Source of the DNA: a virus
Taxonomy: Duplodnaviria; Caudoviricetes
Direction: 5' to 3' (one strand)
Virus record (IMG/VR): IMGVR_UViG_3300030207_002643
Location: 1 to 35,232 of that record
Length of the DNA stretch: 35,232 bases
Part shown: one piece after another, positions 25,139 through 33,483 of the stretch
Numbering within the stretch: the first letter of the stretch is position 1
Layout of the letters: each line of letters starts with the position of its first letter
Translations under genes and position numbers: made by a program
Notes under the pieces: generated by a model
Seen by the model: the letters and a program-made list of their open reading frames with translations, nothing else
Databases searched by the model: none
Told to the model about the DNA's origin: nothing

Positions 25139-25999
25139 ATGGATTTTAGTAAATATATCTTTCGCTCGAATATAGATTGTTTTCGCTCTTATATGCGAGA
25201 TAACGCTAGCGACTTACCGACTTTTAACTCTTATTATGATTTGACTCATACCCCAACCGGGAGAAAGCGTGCGATTTTGTCACGTAGTGTTAAATGGGCA
25301 AAAAATAAAGGCTTAGAGTCTTTTGGTGTTACGGGCTTGTATTTGTCGCCTGCTTCTATTGTTTCGGGTTTGAACCTTTGCAAATTTGCCGGGGAGTGCG
25401 AAAAAGGTTGCATAGCTTTCACTGGTAATCTTGGAATGTTTCATCAAAAAACAATGGCTGATAGGACATTGGCTTTGTATCATTATACAGAGCTTTATCT
25501 AATTGATTTGTTAAAAGAATTATATGTGATTTCGGCGCGCGCATATTCCGAAGGTAAGCAAATCTATTGCCGTTTGAATGGAACCAGTGATTTAATGTTT
25601 TTCAAGGTTTTAAATATGGACGCTATAGTTAGCGATTTTAATGGTTTGGCGGGTTTTTATGATTACACGAAGTACCCTATTATCGATAATCCATGGGAGT
25701 CATACCATTTAACATATTCTTACAGTGAGAAAACTAAGAAATTACCTTCTAGTTTTGATAGGATTGCCATTGTTGTATCTAAGGAAACGAAACAAGAGCT
25801 ATGCAGTAGAATGCCTTTGGTTTTTACGGATGGCGATGAGCATGATATCAGAGCCTTAGACCGCACCCCGGTTGTATTGTTGCAAGAAAAAAGGGCTACC
25901 ACTTCGGGGCGTGTTGTTAGTGATGTATTTGTGCAAAATATCGATGATGTTCTAGATATTTCTATCGAGTTTGTGAAAGCTTTGGGGGAGATATGTTAG
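25139..25999 (+). CDS. GP88-like phage protein (three-Cys motif, radical-SAM-like)
   Basis: 'LYLSPA...NLCKFAGECEKGC', 'RLNGTSD', 'FYDYTK', 'YHLTYSYSE', 'DGDEHDIR'; GGAG RBS. Confidence 0.65.
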   Translation: MDFSKYIFRSNIDCFRSYMRDNASDLPTFNSYYDLTHTPTGRKRAILSRSVKWAKNKGLESFGVTGLYLSPASIVSGLNLCKFAGECEKGCIAFTGNLGMFHQKTMADRTLALYHYTELYLIDLLKELYVISARAYSEGKQIYCRLNGTSDLMFFKVLNMDAIVSDFNGLAGFYDYTKYPIIDNPWESYHLTYSYSEKTKKLPSSFDRIAIVVSKETKQELCSRMPLVFTDGDEHDIRALDRTPVVLLQEKRATTSGRVVSDVFVQNIDDVLDISIEFVKALGEIC

Positions 26000-26103
26000 A
26001 AAGAAATCTAGACAACGCAATAATTTTTATGTTGTTTGTGTGCATGTTTACTGTGTGCGTTGTGTATTTTCCTCGCTTTCTGGGGTGGTGTTATGGACCT
26101 TAG
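25993..26103 (+). CDS. Small hydrophobic protein, 36 aa (not in ORF track)
   Basis: MLERNLDNAIIFMLFVCMFTVCVVYFPRFLGWCYGP; GGGGGAG immediately upstream, overlapping the previous stop. Confidence 0.45.
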   Translation: MLERNLDNAIIFMLFVCMFTVCVVYFPRFLGWCYGP

Positions 26104-26147
26104 ATTCTGGATTGTTGTCATGTTGCTAATGCAGTGTGTAAAGTGCT

Positions 26148-26178
26148 AAAAAAAATGGGTGTGGCGATGCTGCACCCA
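26148..26178. terminator. Hairpin between convergent small genes, possible terminator
   Basis: A8 tract then TGGGTG-tggcgatgctg-CACCCA; U-tail on the - strand. Confidence 0.4.
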
Positions 26179-26324
26179 CAGCATAAAAAACCGAAACATC
26201 GAAACATTTTGCTGGTTTCGCAGCATTATCGTTAGGGCATTTGGCTTGGGGGTACAGGCGGCTAACTAAAACAGAAGAATAGCCAATAGAGCATGGTGAC
26301 CCTATTGGCTTAGGTGATGGGTGG

Positions 26325-26438
26325 TTATAGTACGACGTACATTATCCACCATGTTGATACGAATGAAGTCAGGAAGGTTAAAGTACATATTACGAAGCCG
26401 TTTATAACATCGTCTATGGTTGTCGTTTCGGTAATCAT
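26325..26438 (-). CDS. Small membrane protein, 37 aa (not in ORF track)
   Basis: AAAAGGAG-catacaATG; MITETTTIDDVINGFVICTLTFLTSFVSTWWIMYVVL. Confidence 0.55.
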   Translation of the reverse strand: MITETTTIDDVINGFVICTLTFLTSFVSTWWIMYVVL

Positions 26439-26637
26439 TGTATGCTCCTTTTGTGGTTGGTTTAAGGTTATATCGCCAGTGTGCAATGGTAGGGGGTTGT
26501 ATACGACCGTACATACACCGTGTGTATGTTATAGTATACAGAACCACCGACATTGCATACAGATATGACCGTCTACCATCACTAGGGCTACATGGTGGGA
26601 GCGTAACTAAAGAAGTTTGGATAAAGTATAAAAGATG

Positions 26638-26646
26638 TGATAAAAT
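26638..26646 (+). promoter_or_regulatory. Possible extended -10 promoter for terS
   Basis: TG-A-TAAAAT 43 nt upstream of ATG 26689. Confidence 0.4.
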
Positions 26647-26688
26647 ACCTTAACCACCAACAACAACACTATAAAAAAGGTACCAAAT

Positions 26689-27000
26689 ATGGAAAATGAC
26701 CAACCAATAAAACGGTCTATCGGTAGGCCGAAAGGTACTAAATCCAAGAACCTAATTAAGCCTCATAATCAAATAGCAAAGTGCATAAAAGAAAAGTCTA
26801 TAACTGGCTTACTATGGGCACTGATACAACTTGCACAGCATGAGATAAAGCACGAGGGAAAGGTATCTACTTTTAGCGGAGCGGATTTAAGTAAGTTTGT
26901 GGCTTTGCTTCATCAACGTGAAGTAACCAATAGTTTGTCTAGCCCTGAACAGTTAGATACGACAGCGGTACAAGCGTGGTTGAGCAGTACAACAGAATGA
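26689..27000 (+). CDS. terS: Putative terminase small subunit
   Basis: 103 aa, N-terminal 'GRPKGTKSKN' motif then helices; nearest credible gene upstream of terL. Confidence 0.55.
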   Translation: MENDQPIKRSIGRPKGTKSKNLIKPHNQIAKCIKEKSITGLLWALIQLAQHEIKHEGKVSTFSGADLSKFVALLHQREVTNSLSSPEQLDTTAVQAWLSSTTE

Positions 27001-27470
27001 CGCAACAGCGGAATGACGAACACTACCATACCAACGCCTAACTTGCGCATGTGCAGCACAACAGTGCTGAAGATGCAGCAACTGAGCAGAGCGAAATGCG
27101 CTTATGCGTCACTTGTGATGCAAAAGCAGCATGAGCGGGTGCGGCTGAACAAAATGCGCTTATGCGAACAGTGCATGTGCGAGTGCAGCATGAAGTGATG
27201 CACCCTGCGACATGCATTGTGCAAAAGCAGCATGGCAATAACAAACTACTACTGTACCAACGTTGCATTTGCGAACGTGACACGTAGTGTTGCGTCTTGC
27301 GATATGCAGCGTTGGGTGTTGTTTGGCGAGCGTAATGTGCTTATGCAGCAATTTATTGGTGCAAAAGCAACATGGAGCGGCGATGGTGGGCGATGGTGGG
27401 CGATGGTGGGCGATGCAAGCCTTGCATAGTAAGTCATTAAGTTGTATGCTACAATGTATGCGGCTAACTG
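27001..27470. repeat. TGC-rich repetitive non-coding block
   Basis: AAATGCGCTTATGCG x2 (27094, 27152); TGCAAAAGCA(G/A)CATG x3 (27119, 27220, 27360); GGCGATGGTG tandem (27379..27415); ATGCAAG-C-CTTGCAT palindrome (27413..27427). Confidence 0.85.
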
Positions 27471-27485
27471 TTTCATGGAGTATTT

Positions 27486-29003
27486 ATGGATGCTGTTCAC
27501 ACCGAACTGGCTAGGGTGTTTTCAGACCCATTTGAGTTTATACAACGATTGCGTATTGTCAACAAGTCTGGTAAAGTCGTACCGCTTACTCTCAATGCAG
27601 AACAGGTTGAGATTATCAATGCATTAGAAGAGGGCAGGGACACCCTAGTACTTAAGCCTAGACAGATAGGGTCTAGTACGGTTGTATGTGCTTACATGTT
27701 TTGGAAGGCATATACAGCAACCACACCATTAACACTAATCATCTTGTCGTATAAGATTGCATCTAGTAAACACTTACTGCATATACACAAGAGATTTTAT
27801 CAGTACCTACCAGAAACTCTTAAGCGTCCATTGGAGATAGACAACACAACAGAGATAGCATTTAAGAATGGAGGTCGTATTATTGCTGCTGCTGCTACAC
27901 AAGCAGGAGGTTTACGTAGTCAGACATGTAGTATGCTACACATCTCTGAGTATGCATTTGCAGAGAATCCAGAAGAGTTAAAAGCAACAGCAATCAGTGC
28001 ATTAAATGATGGACAGTTAGTCATAGAGAGTACAGCAAACTATTATAACGATGCATTGTGGAAAGAAATCCATAAGTGTCAGATAGGAGAAGCAGATTGG
28101 AACTATCTATTCTTTCCATGGTTTAAGCATTCAGAGTATTGTATGGATGATATACCGATAACACTTACAGATGAAGAGACTAAGTTACAGGAAGATTACG
28201 GACTAACGTTAGGTCAGTTTGCATGGAGAAGAGAAAAGATAAGTAAACTAGGTTGGGAGAAGTTTGTAAGAGAATACCCAATGACTTTAGATGAGGCATA
28301 TCGTATTAGTGGTAATACATACTTTACATACGATGACTTTGAGCATGTAGATGTTGTTACTGTTAATCCTACAGAGTGGGTAACATTTGAAGAACCGAAT
28401 GTAGATGACACATATGCTATTGGAGTAGATGTTAGTGGTGGTGTAGGTAGAGACTATGCAGTAGTGTTTTGTGTAAGTAGAATGACATTACAGCCAGTGT
28501 GTATATATAGAAGTAATACGGTAAGTCCTATACAGTTAGCAGATTATATATACGACATGTCAGTTACATACAACAATGCATTAACTTTGGTAGAGAGTAA
28601 CAACTATGGATTAGCGACTATACAAGAGTTAGTACACCAGGGTTTTTATAAGTTATGGAAGGATACCCATACTGGAAAAGATTTCTTAACAACAAGTAGA
28701 AGTAAGCCATTGTTATTTGAGAACTTAAAGAAGGGGATACAGACGGGTGCTATACGGTTAATAGACAATGTAACGATGACAGAGTTACGAAGTATAACAG
28801 TAGACGAGAAGGGTATACTTAGGTTTGGAGAGGATGTAGAGAGTCATTGTGATAGTGCGATGGCAATGGCATTAGCGTATTGGTGTTTAAACAGTGTAAA
28901 GATAAAGCAGAGTGCATTTTTACCAGAATGGATTATAAGTCAGAAAGCAGATAAGTCATTGAGGTCAAGTGGAGTAAGCCCACATTTGCATAGGAGGTAT
29001 TGA
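27486..29003 (+). CDS. terL: Terminase large subunit
   Basis: Walker A-like 'LVLKPRQIGSST', Walker B 'LHISEYAF', coupling motif 'IESTAN', nuclease 'IGVDVSGGVGRDY', 'VESNNYG', 'HCDSAMAMALA'. Confidence 0.95.
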   Translation: MDAVHTELARVFSDPFEFIQRLRIVNKSGKVVPLTLNAEQVEIINALEEGRDTLVLKPRQIGSSTVVCAYMFWKAYTATTPLTLIILSYKIASSKHLLHIHKRFYQYLPETLKRPLEIDNTTEIAFKNGGRIIAAAATQAGGLRSQTCSMLHISEYAFAENPEELKATAISALNDGQLVIESTANYYNDALWKEIHKCQIGEADWNYLFFPWFKHSEYCMDDIPITLTDEETKLQEDYGLTLGQFAWRREKISKLGWEKFVREYPMTLDEAYRISGNTYFTYDDFEHVDVVTVNPTEWVTFEEPNVDDTYAIGVDVSGGVGRDYAVVFCVSRMTLQPVCIYRSNTVSPIQLADYIYDMSVTYNNALTLVESNNYGLATIQELVHQGFYKLWKDTHTGKDFLTTSRSKPLLFENLKKGIQTGAIRLIDNVTMTELRSITVDEKGILRFGEDVESHCDSAMAMALAYWCLNSVKIKQSAFLPEWIISQKADKSLRSSGVSPHLHRRY

Positions 29004-29254
29004 TGAAAAACAATACGTTAGCAATATGTGGTATATGTGGATGCGACCCTTGTGATTGTCATGGAGTAGTAAAGGTGGAAATGGTAAAGTTAACATACAA
29101 AGTAAAAGGCAGTTCGTTTACGTTGGTTTTACCTAAGAGATTAGTAGACCAATACAAAAGTCTATACGATGAGATTGAAGTAATGCAGGCAGATGGAAGA
29201 GTTCTAGTGTATAGTAGAGGTGTTGTTACGGAGAAAAACAATGAGAACCAATAA
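29003..29254 (+). CDS. Small protein with N-terminal Cys cluster
   Basis: AGGAGG RBS, TGATG overlap with terL; 'CGICGCDPCDC'. Confidence 0.65.
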   Translation: MKNNTLAICGICGCDPCDCHGVVKVEMVKLTYKVKGSSFTLVLPKRLVDQYKSLYDEIEVMQADGRVLVYSRGVVTEKNNENQ

Positions 29255-30905
29255 AGATGCAGTAGCGTTAATACGCACAGTGCTAGACGAGCACAATCAT
29301 TTTTGGGATGACCAACGAGCAGAGATGAAGAGGTATAGAGATGTCTACGAGAATCGTTTTTGGCAATCTGAATACATGGACGACACAATGGTCCGAGTGG
29401 AAACAGCCGACTGCTTCAGCTACGTTGAGGGTTTTATTGCTAGTTTGTTTTCTCGTAATCCTGCTGTTGTTGTGGCGAAGGATGCATCAATCATAGAAGG
29501 CAATGCTAAAATGGCAGAGGCTGTTGTAAACCGTTTTTTGTTTGACAAGCGTGAGCAGTTAGAGATAGCCTCTAGGCTTGCGTTAATATATCCCAATTCA
29601 TTCCTCAAATTGTCCCCAACTAATAGCACGGATATGCTTGAAAAAGTATCCATTCGTGCTATTCCTTGTTGGGAAGTGATAGTGGACATGGATGCTTGTG
29701 CATGGGATGAGCAGAGATTTATGGCTCATGTATACTACTTGCCAATGCCAGAGGTAAGGGAGCGTTTTGGTGCAAAGAAGTTTACACCTATACCGAAGGT
29801 AGATTATTTTACACCGCAAGAAAAGTACACAGGTGTTAGTGAAGATTTGCCAGATGATTATCTATACGTACAGATTGTAGAGTTTTATGATTTGGCTTAC
29901 GACAAACTGTATTTTTGGTCGCCAAATTATAAAGATGGTGGAGAGTTATTAGAGAAGAGTGAGATACCAGTTAGAACATATGATGACCGCCCAATGAGTC
30001 CATTGTGTCCGTTGTACTACGCACGTAAGCCGGAGAAGCCTATGTGTGGATTGTCGGCAGTATCGAGGGTATACGACCAGTTCTATGAAAAGAACATACT
30101 ACGTACGTATTGGGCAAACTCCGTACGTAGAGATAGTAGACAGTATTTGTACAAGGAAGGTTCACTTGATGAAGAAGCGTTGGCAAAAATTACAGCAGGT
30201 GTTGACGGGGCAATGATAGCGGTTGATGAACCTGTGTTAGATGGTATTATTCGTGCTGTTGGTGTAGAGCCATTGTCAGGTAATTTTGACAGATACTTAA
30301 ACTATATAGAGCAAGATATAAATCGTGGCAGCATCTTGGCACCGTTTAGTCGAGGGGAAGCGACAAAAGCGACGGCAACTGAGGTGACTGCCCTTGCTCA
30401 ATACTCTGCATCGGAGATTGGAAAGTTAGCCCGTGAGCGTGACAATGCTATTGAATTGATTGCATTAACGTATTTGCGGATTGTATCTTTGTTGGCTGAA
30501 GACAAAGAACAGGCTGTGATTGAGATTGATAAACTTCCAAAGGTTATTACGGTACAAGATTTAGATGCTAAGTTTAAGATTGTAGCACTTGACCAGTCAA
30601 GTACGCCGTTGTCAGAAGCACTTAAAAGAAACAATCTTGTACAGTTATTGCCAATACTTGCTCAGTTAGGTGTACCTACAGATAAAATAAAAGAAGAGTT
30701 AGTTCGCATTTATGATTTACCTGAATCATTTATGGAGTCACCGCCTCCACCACCAACTCCACAAGAGCCACCACAAGGACCACCACAAGGAATGGGAGGA
30801 GCTCCTTCAGCAGAAGGAATGCAAACTACACCTGGTGAAATAGGTGCACAAGGTGAACTGCCATCTGCTCAACTAACTGCAATGCTTAATAAACAGAGAC
30901 AATAA
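29241..30905 (+). CDS. Portal protein
   Basis: About 554 aa from ATG 29241 (GGAG RBS), located after terL. 'TKATATEV' motif of podovirus portals and a Pro/Gln-rich tail. Confidence 0.85.
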   Translation: MRTNKDAVALIRTVLDEHNHFWDDQRAEMKRYRDVYENRFWQSEYMDDTMVRVETADCFSYVEGFIASLFSRNPAVVVAKDASIIEGNAKMAEAVVNRFLFDKREQLEIASRLALIYPNSFLKLSPTNSTDMLEKVSIRAIPCWEVIVDMDACAWDEQRFMAHVYYLPMPEVRERFGAKKFTPIPKVDYFTPQEKYTGVSEDLPDDYLYVQIVEFYDLAYDKLYFWSPNYKDGGELLEKSEIPVRTYDDRPMSPLCPLYYARKPEKPMCGLSAVSRVYDQFYEKNILRTYWANSVRRDSRQYLYKEGSLDEEALAKITAGVDGAMIAVDEPVLDGIIRAVGVEPLSGNFDRYLNYIEQDINRGSILAPFSRGEATKATATEVTALAQYSASEIGKLARERDNAIELIALTYLRIVSLLAEDKEQAVIEIDKLPKVITVQDLDAKFKIVALDQSSTPLSEALKRNNLVQLLPILAQLGVPTDKIKEELVRIYDLPESFMESPPPPPTPQEPPQGPPQGMGGAPSAEGMQTTPGEIGAQGELPSAQLTAMLNKQRQ

Positions 30906-31393
30906 TGCCAATCTATACCTACCAATGCCAAGTGTGTTCCAAAGTACATGAAGAACTAATATTTTTTAGTGACTACGAAAATGACAATATACCTCAGGTA
31001 TGTGGTGCTGACACATATGAACAAGGATGTGGTGGTGATTTGTATCGTGTTCTAAGAGCACCTGGTGCTCACAGCAGTTGGGAAGGAACTGGAAAACATG
31101 GTGTAAATGGGTTTTTTTCTAAGGCATTGGGCAAACATGTTGCTAATAAACATACAGAACAAAAGATAATGGAGTCTAGGGGATTCGTTTGCGAAGCAGA
31201 TTTGCCAAAAGACCGTTGGGATTCTGCTGTTGAAAATCAAAAAAATAGAGTATTAGAACAAGATAAACATATAGAAACATACACGGAGGCTTTAAAAAGT
31301 GGTAAATCAAAAGAAGAAGCCGTGGTGGAAGCGTTTCCTGCACAAGATGCAGTTAGTGGTAAGTTGGATAAAACATGGGGGAAGAATGAATGA
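30905..31393 (+). CDS. FmdB-like zinc-ribbon protein
   Basis: 'MPIYTYQCQVCSKVHEEL...CG...CGG.L.RVL', a common post-portal gene. Confidence 0.7.
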   Translation: MPIYTYQCQVCSKVHEELIFFSDYENDNIPQVCGADTYEQGCGGDLYRVLRAPGAHSSWEGTGKHGVNGFFSKALGKHVANKHTEQKIMESRGFVCEADLPKDRWDSAVENQKNRVLEQDKHIETYTEALKSGKSKEEAVVEAFPAQDAVSGKLDKTWGKNE

Positions 31394-31877
31394 AGAAATG
31401 ATAGACGTTGAAATGGGTGCAGTAGAACAAAACGACGAGGCTGCGTTTGCAGAAATGGCACCAAAAGGTCGGTTTAGTGCAAAAGCGTTAAATAACTTGG
31501 TAAAAGCAACAAATCGTTTGTTGCCAAAGTTTGGACAAACGCCTGACTATCCTGAGTTTAGTGGCAATCTGACACAGTTGCCAACAGATTTTGTGCGTGT
31601 TTTAGCAATGTTTCAAGGTGCTACTAATGATGCCGTAGAACAGGGCATTGTAGATGATGAGTTTGCATTTGATTTTGAAACTATAACTGATGATGCAAAT
31701 CTTATGATGTTAGCAGGTAAAATAAATAAACTAGCGTCTGACAAACAATATGACAGATACCTTCGGTCACAACCTACAGCCGAAGATGATGTAGAAGAAG
31801 TTATGGATGAAGATGAAATAACAACCGAAGACATGCCACCAGAAGATGTGGATGCACTTTTTATGGAGAGAATGTAA
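31386..31877 (+). CDS. Hypothetical acidic head-assembly region protein
   Basis: Likely start ATG 31386, overlapping the previous stop; 163 aa with acidic C-terminus. Confidence 0.65.
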   Translation: MNEEMIDVEMGAVEQNDEAAFAEMAPKGRFSAKALNNLVKATNRLLPKFGQTPDYPEFSGNLTQLPTDFVRVLAMFQGATNDAVEQGIVDDEFAFDFETITDDANLMMLAGKINKLASDKQYDRYLRSQPTAEDDVEEVMDEDEITTEDMPPEDVDALFMERM

Positions 31878-32053
31878 TGCCAGGTAAGAAAAAAGGATTG
31901 TACGCAAACATCCACGCTAAACGAAAAAGAATCAAAGCTGGAAGCGGTGAAAAGATGAGAAAGAAAGGTGCCAAAGGTGCACCAACTGCAGCAGCATTTA
32001 AGAAGTCCGCAAAGACTGCCAAGAAACGTAAACCCACAACCAAAAGGAAATGA
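31877..32053 (+). CDS. Small Lys-rich protein, 58 aa (not in ORF track)
   Basis: TAATG overlap, GGAGAG RBS; MPGKKKGLYANIHAKRKRIKAGSGEKMRKKGAKGAPTAAAFKKSAKTAKKRKPTTKRK; stop overlaps the scaffold ATG. Confidence 0.8.
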   Translation: MPGKKKGLYANIHAKRKRIKAGSGEKMRKKGAKGAPTAAAFKKSAKTAKKRKPTTKRK

Positions 32054-32916
32054 CGATGAATAACACTACCTCTAGTTTAGAGACTGTTGAAAACGAAGAA
32101 ACACCTGAAATAGCAGAAGCAGAAGCAGAAGCAGATGTTAGTGTTGAAGGTGATGAAATTGAAAATGTAGAAGATGTAGAAGATGTAGAAGATGTAGAAC
32201 TTATGACCATTGAAGAACTAATGGGAATAAATGAAGAAGATTACGAAGAGTTTACAGAAGATGCAAATCATAAGGGTATGAAACCACTGCACGAATGGAT
32301 GCAGCATATACCTGAGGATGTAAGAAAACATGTTGCTAATATACGCTCATCATATACTCGAAAGACACAAGAACTTGCTGAAATGCGAAAGGCACTTGAG
32401 TCAGAAAGAATGGAACTGCATCGACAACAAGAGAATGCAGTCAACAATCCATTCCTTAAACGGGCAGAAGAAGAACTGGCAAAAGATGAAGAGTACGACA
32501 TCTATACCACGGAAGGTATGCAAGCAGAAATAAAACGACAAGCGGCAAAGATGCTGCAGGAAATGATGAAGCCTGCACAAGAAGAAATCCAAATGAAGCA
32601 ACGTCGTATGCAATTGGAGCAGTTTAAGGCAGACAATCCACAACTTATGGAAGATGACTATCGTTTGCCAGTTGCACAAATGCTGCAAGACAGACCAGAA
32701 CTACGCTTAGAAGATGCTTATTACATTGTGAAAGCAAAAGTAGATGCACAAAAACTGAAAGAAGAACGTGCTCAAGTTGCTAAACAAAAGTCTACTAGAC
32801 GAGAAGCACTGCGTAAAACATCAGGTGGAAAGTCTGTATCACCAAGTGGCACACCTAAGTTTAGAAGTGCATGGGAAGCCTATCAATATCACAAGTCACA
32901 ACAGGCTAAGAAGTAG
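32050..32916 (+). CDS. Capsid scaffolding protein
   Basis: Acidic N-terminus, 'SYTRKTQELAE.RK' motif, coiled coil, upstream of the capsid gene. Confidence 0.8.
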   Translation: MTMNNTTSSLETVENEETPEIAEAEAEADVSVEGDEIENVEDVEDVEDVELMTIEELMGINEEDYEEFTEDANHKGMKPLHEWMQHIPEDVRKHVANIRSSYTRKTQELAEMRKALESERMELHRQQENAVNNPFLKRAEEELAKDEEYDIYTTEGMQAEIKRQAAKMLQEMMKPAQEEIQMKQRRMQLEQFKADNPQLMEDDYRLPVAQMLQDRPELRLEDAYYIVKAKVDAQKLKEERAQVAKQKSTRREALRKTSGGKSVSPSGTPKFRSAWEAYQYHKSQQAKK

Positions 32917-32925
32917 GAGTAACTA

Positions 32926-33351
32926 ATGCCCAAAGGTAAACGCAACGTCAACAAAATTATTATTCATCATAGTGCTTCACCAAAAGACACTACCAAAGAA
33001 CAGATTTACGATTGGCATGTCAATGGCAATGGGTGGTCTGACATTGGATACCATTTTATTGTTCTTGGTGATGGACAAGTTGTAACTGGAAGACACATAA
33101 ATAAAACTGGTGCTCATTGCAAAAACCACAACCGTGGTTCAGTTGGTATTTGTGTAACGGGTAACACTTCTAATGAAGCACCTAGCACCGCACAAATGGA
33201 ATCTTTGTGGGGTAAAGTTAAACTACTTATGGAAGAATACAATTTAGATAGGCACAATGTTTATGGGCATAGAGACTTCGGTGCCACCGAATGTCCAGGT
33301 AACTATCTTTATGCATTGTTACAACAGTTTAAGGCAGGGTTACTTGCCTAA
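32926..33351 (+). CDS. N-acetylmuramoyl-L-alanine amidase (T7 lysozyme-like endolysin)
   Basis: 'IIIHHSA', 'GWSDIGYHF', 'GAHCKNHN..SVGIC..G', 'GHRDFGATECPG'. Confidence 0.93.
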   Translation: MPKGKRNVNKIIIHHSASPKDTTKEQIYDWHVNGNGWSDIGYHFIVLGDGQVVTGRHINKTGAHCKNHNRGSVGICVTGNTSNEAPSTAQMESLWGKVKLLMEEYNLDRHNVYGHRDFGATECPGNYLYALLQQFKAGLLA

Positions 33352-33353
33352 AG

Positions 33354-33382
33354 TTGACAATGCAAGATTTTCATTTTAAAAT
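33354..33382 (+). promoter_or_regulatory. Near-consensus sigma70 promoter for the capsid operon
   Basis: TTGACA (33354-33359), 17-bp spacer, TAAAAT (33377-33382). Confidence 0.8.
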
Positions 33383-33483
33383 GCCTATGTTGAATGAACT
33401 CTTTTGAGCACTCGGACAGCAACCATTCCGATGGGAATACGGTTTAGGCAAAACGACAAAAACTAAACACAATAGGTAAAACA

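Noticed and set aside
26302-26653. ORF-track ORFs of 71-84 aa in this interval
   Set aside because: They lack RBSs and overlap promoter-like sequence. The 37-aa - strand ORF with AAGGAG is better supported.
27013-27627. Seven short overlapping ORFs between terS and terL
   Set aside because: Cys/Met/Ala-rich translations arise from the TGC repeats; there are no RBSs and no protein-like pattern.
32113-32198. GCAGAA and GTAGAAGAT microsatellites as phase-variation elements
   Set aside because: Unit lengths are multiples of 3 within the disordered acidic N-terminus of the scaffold, so slippage would not switch expression.
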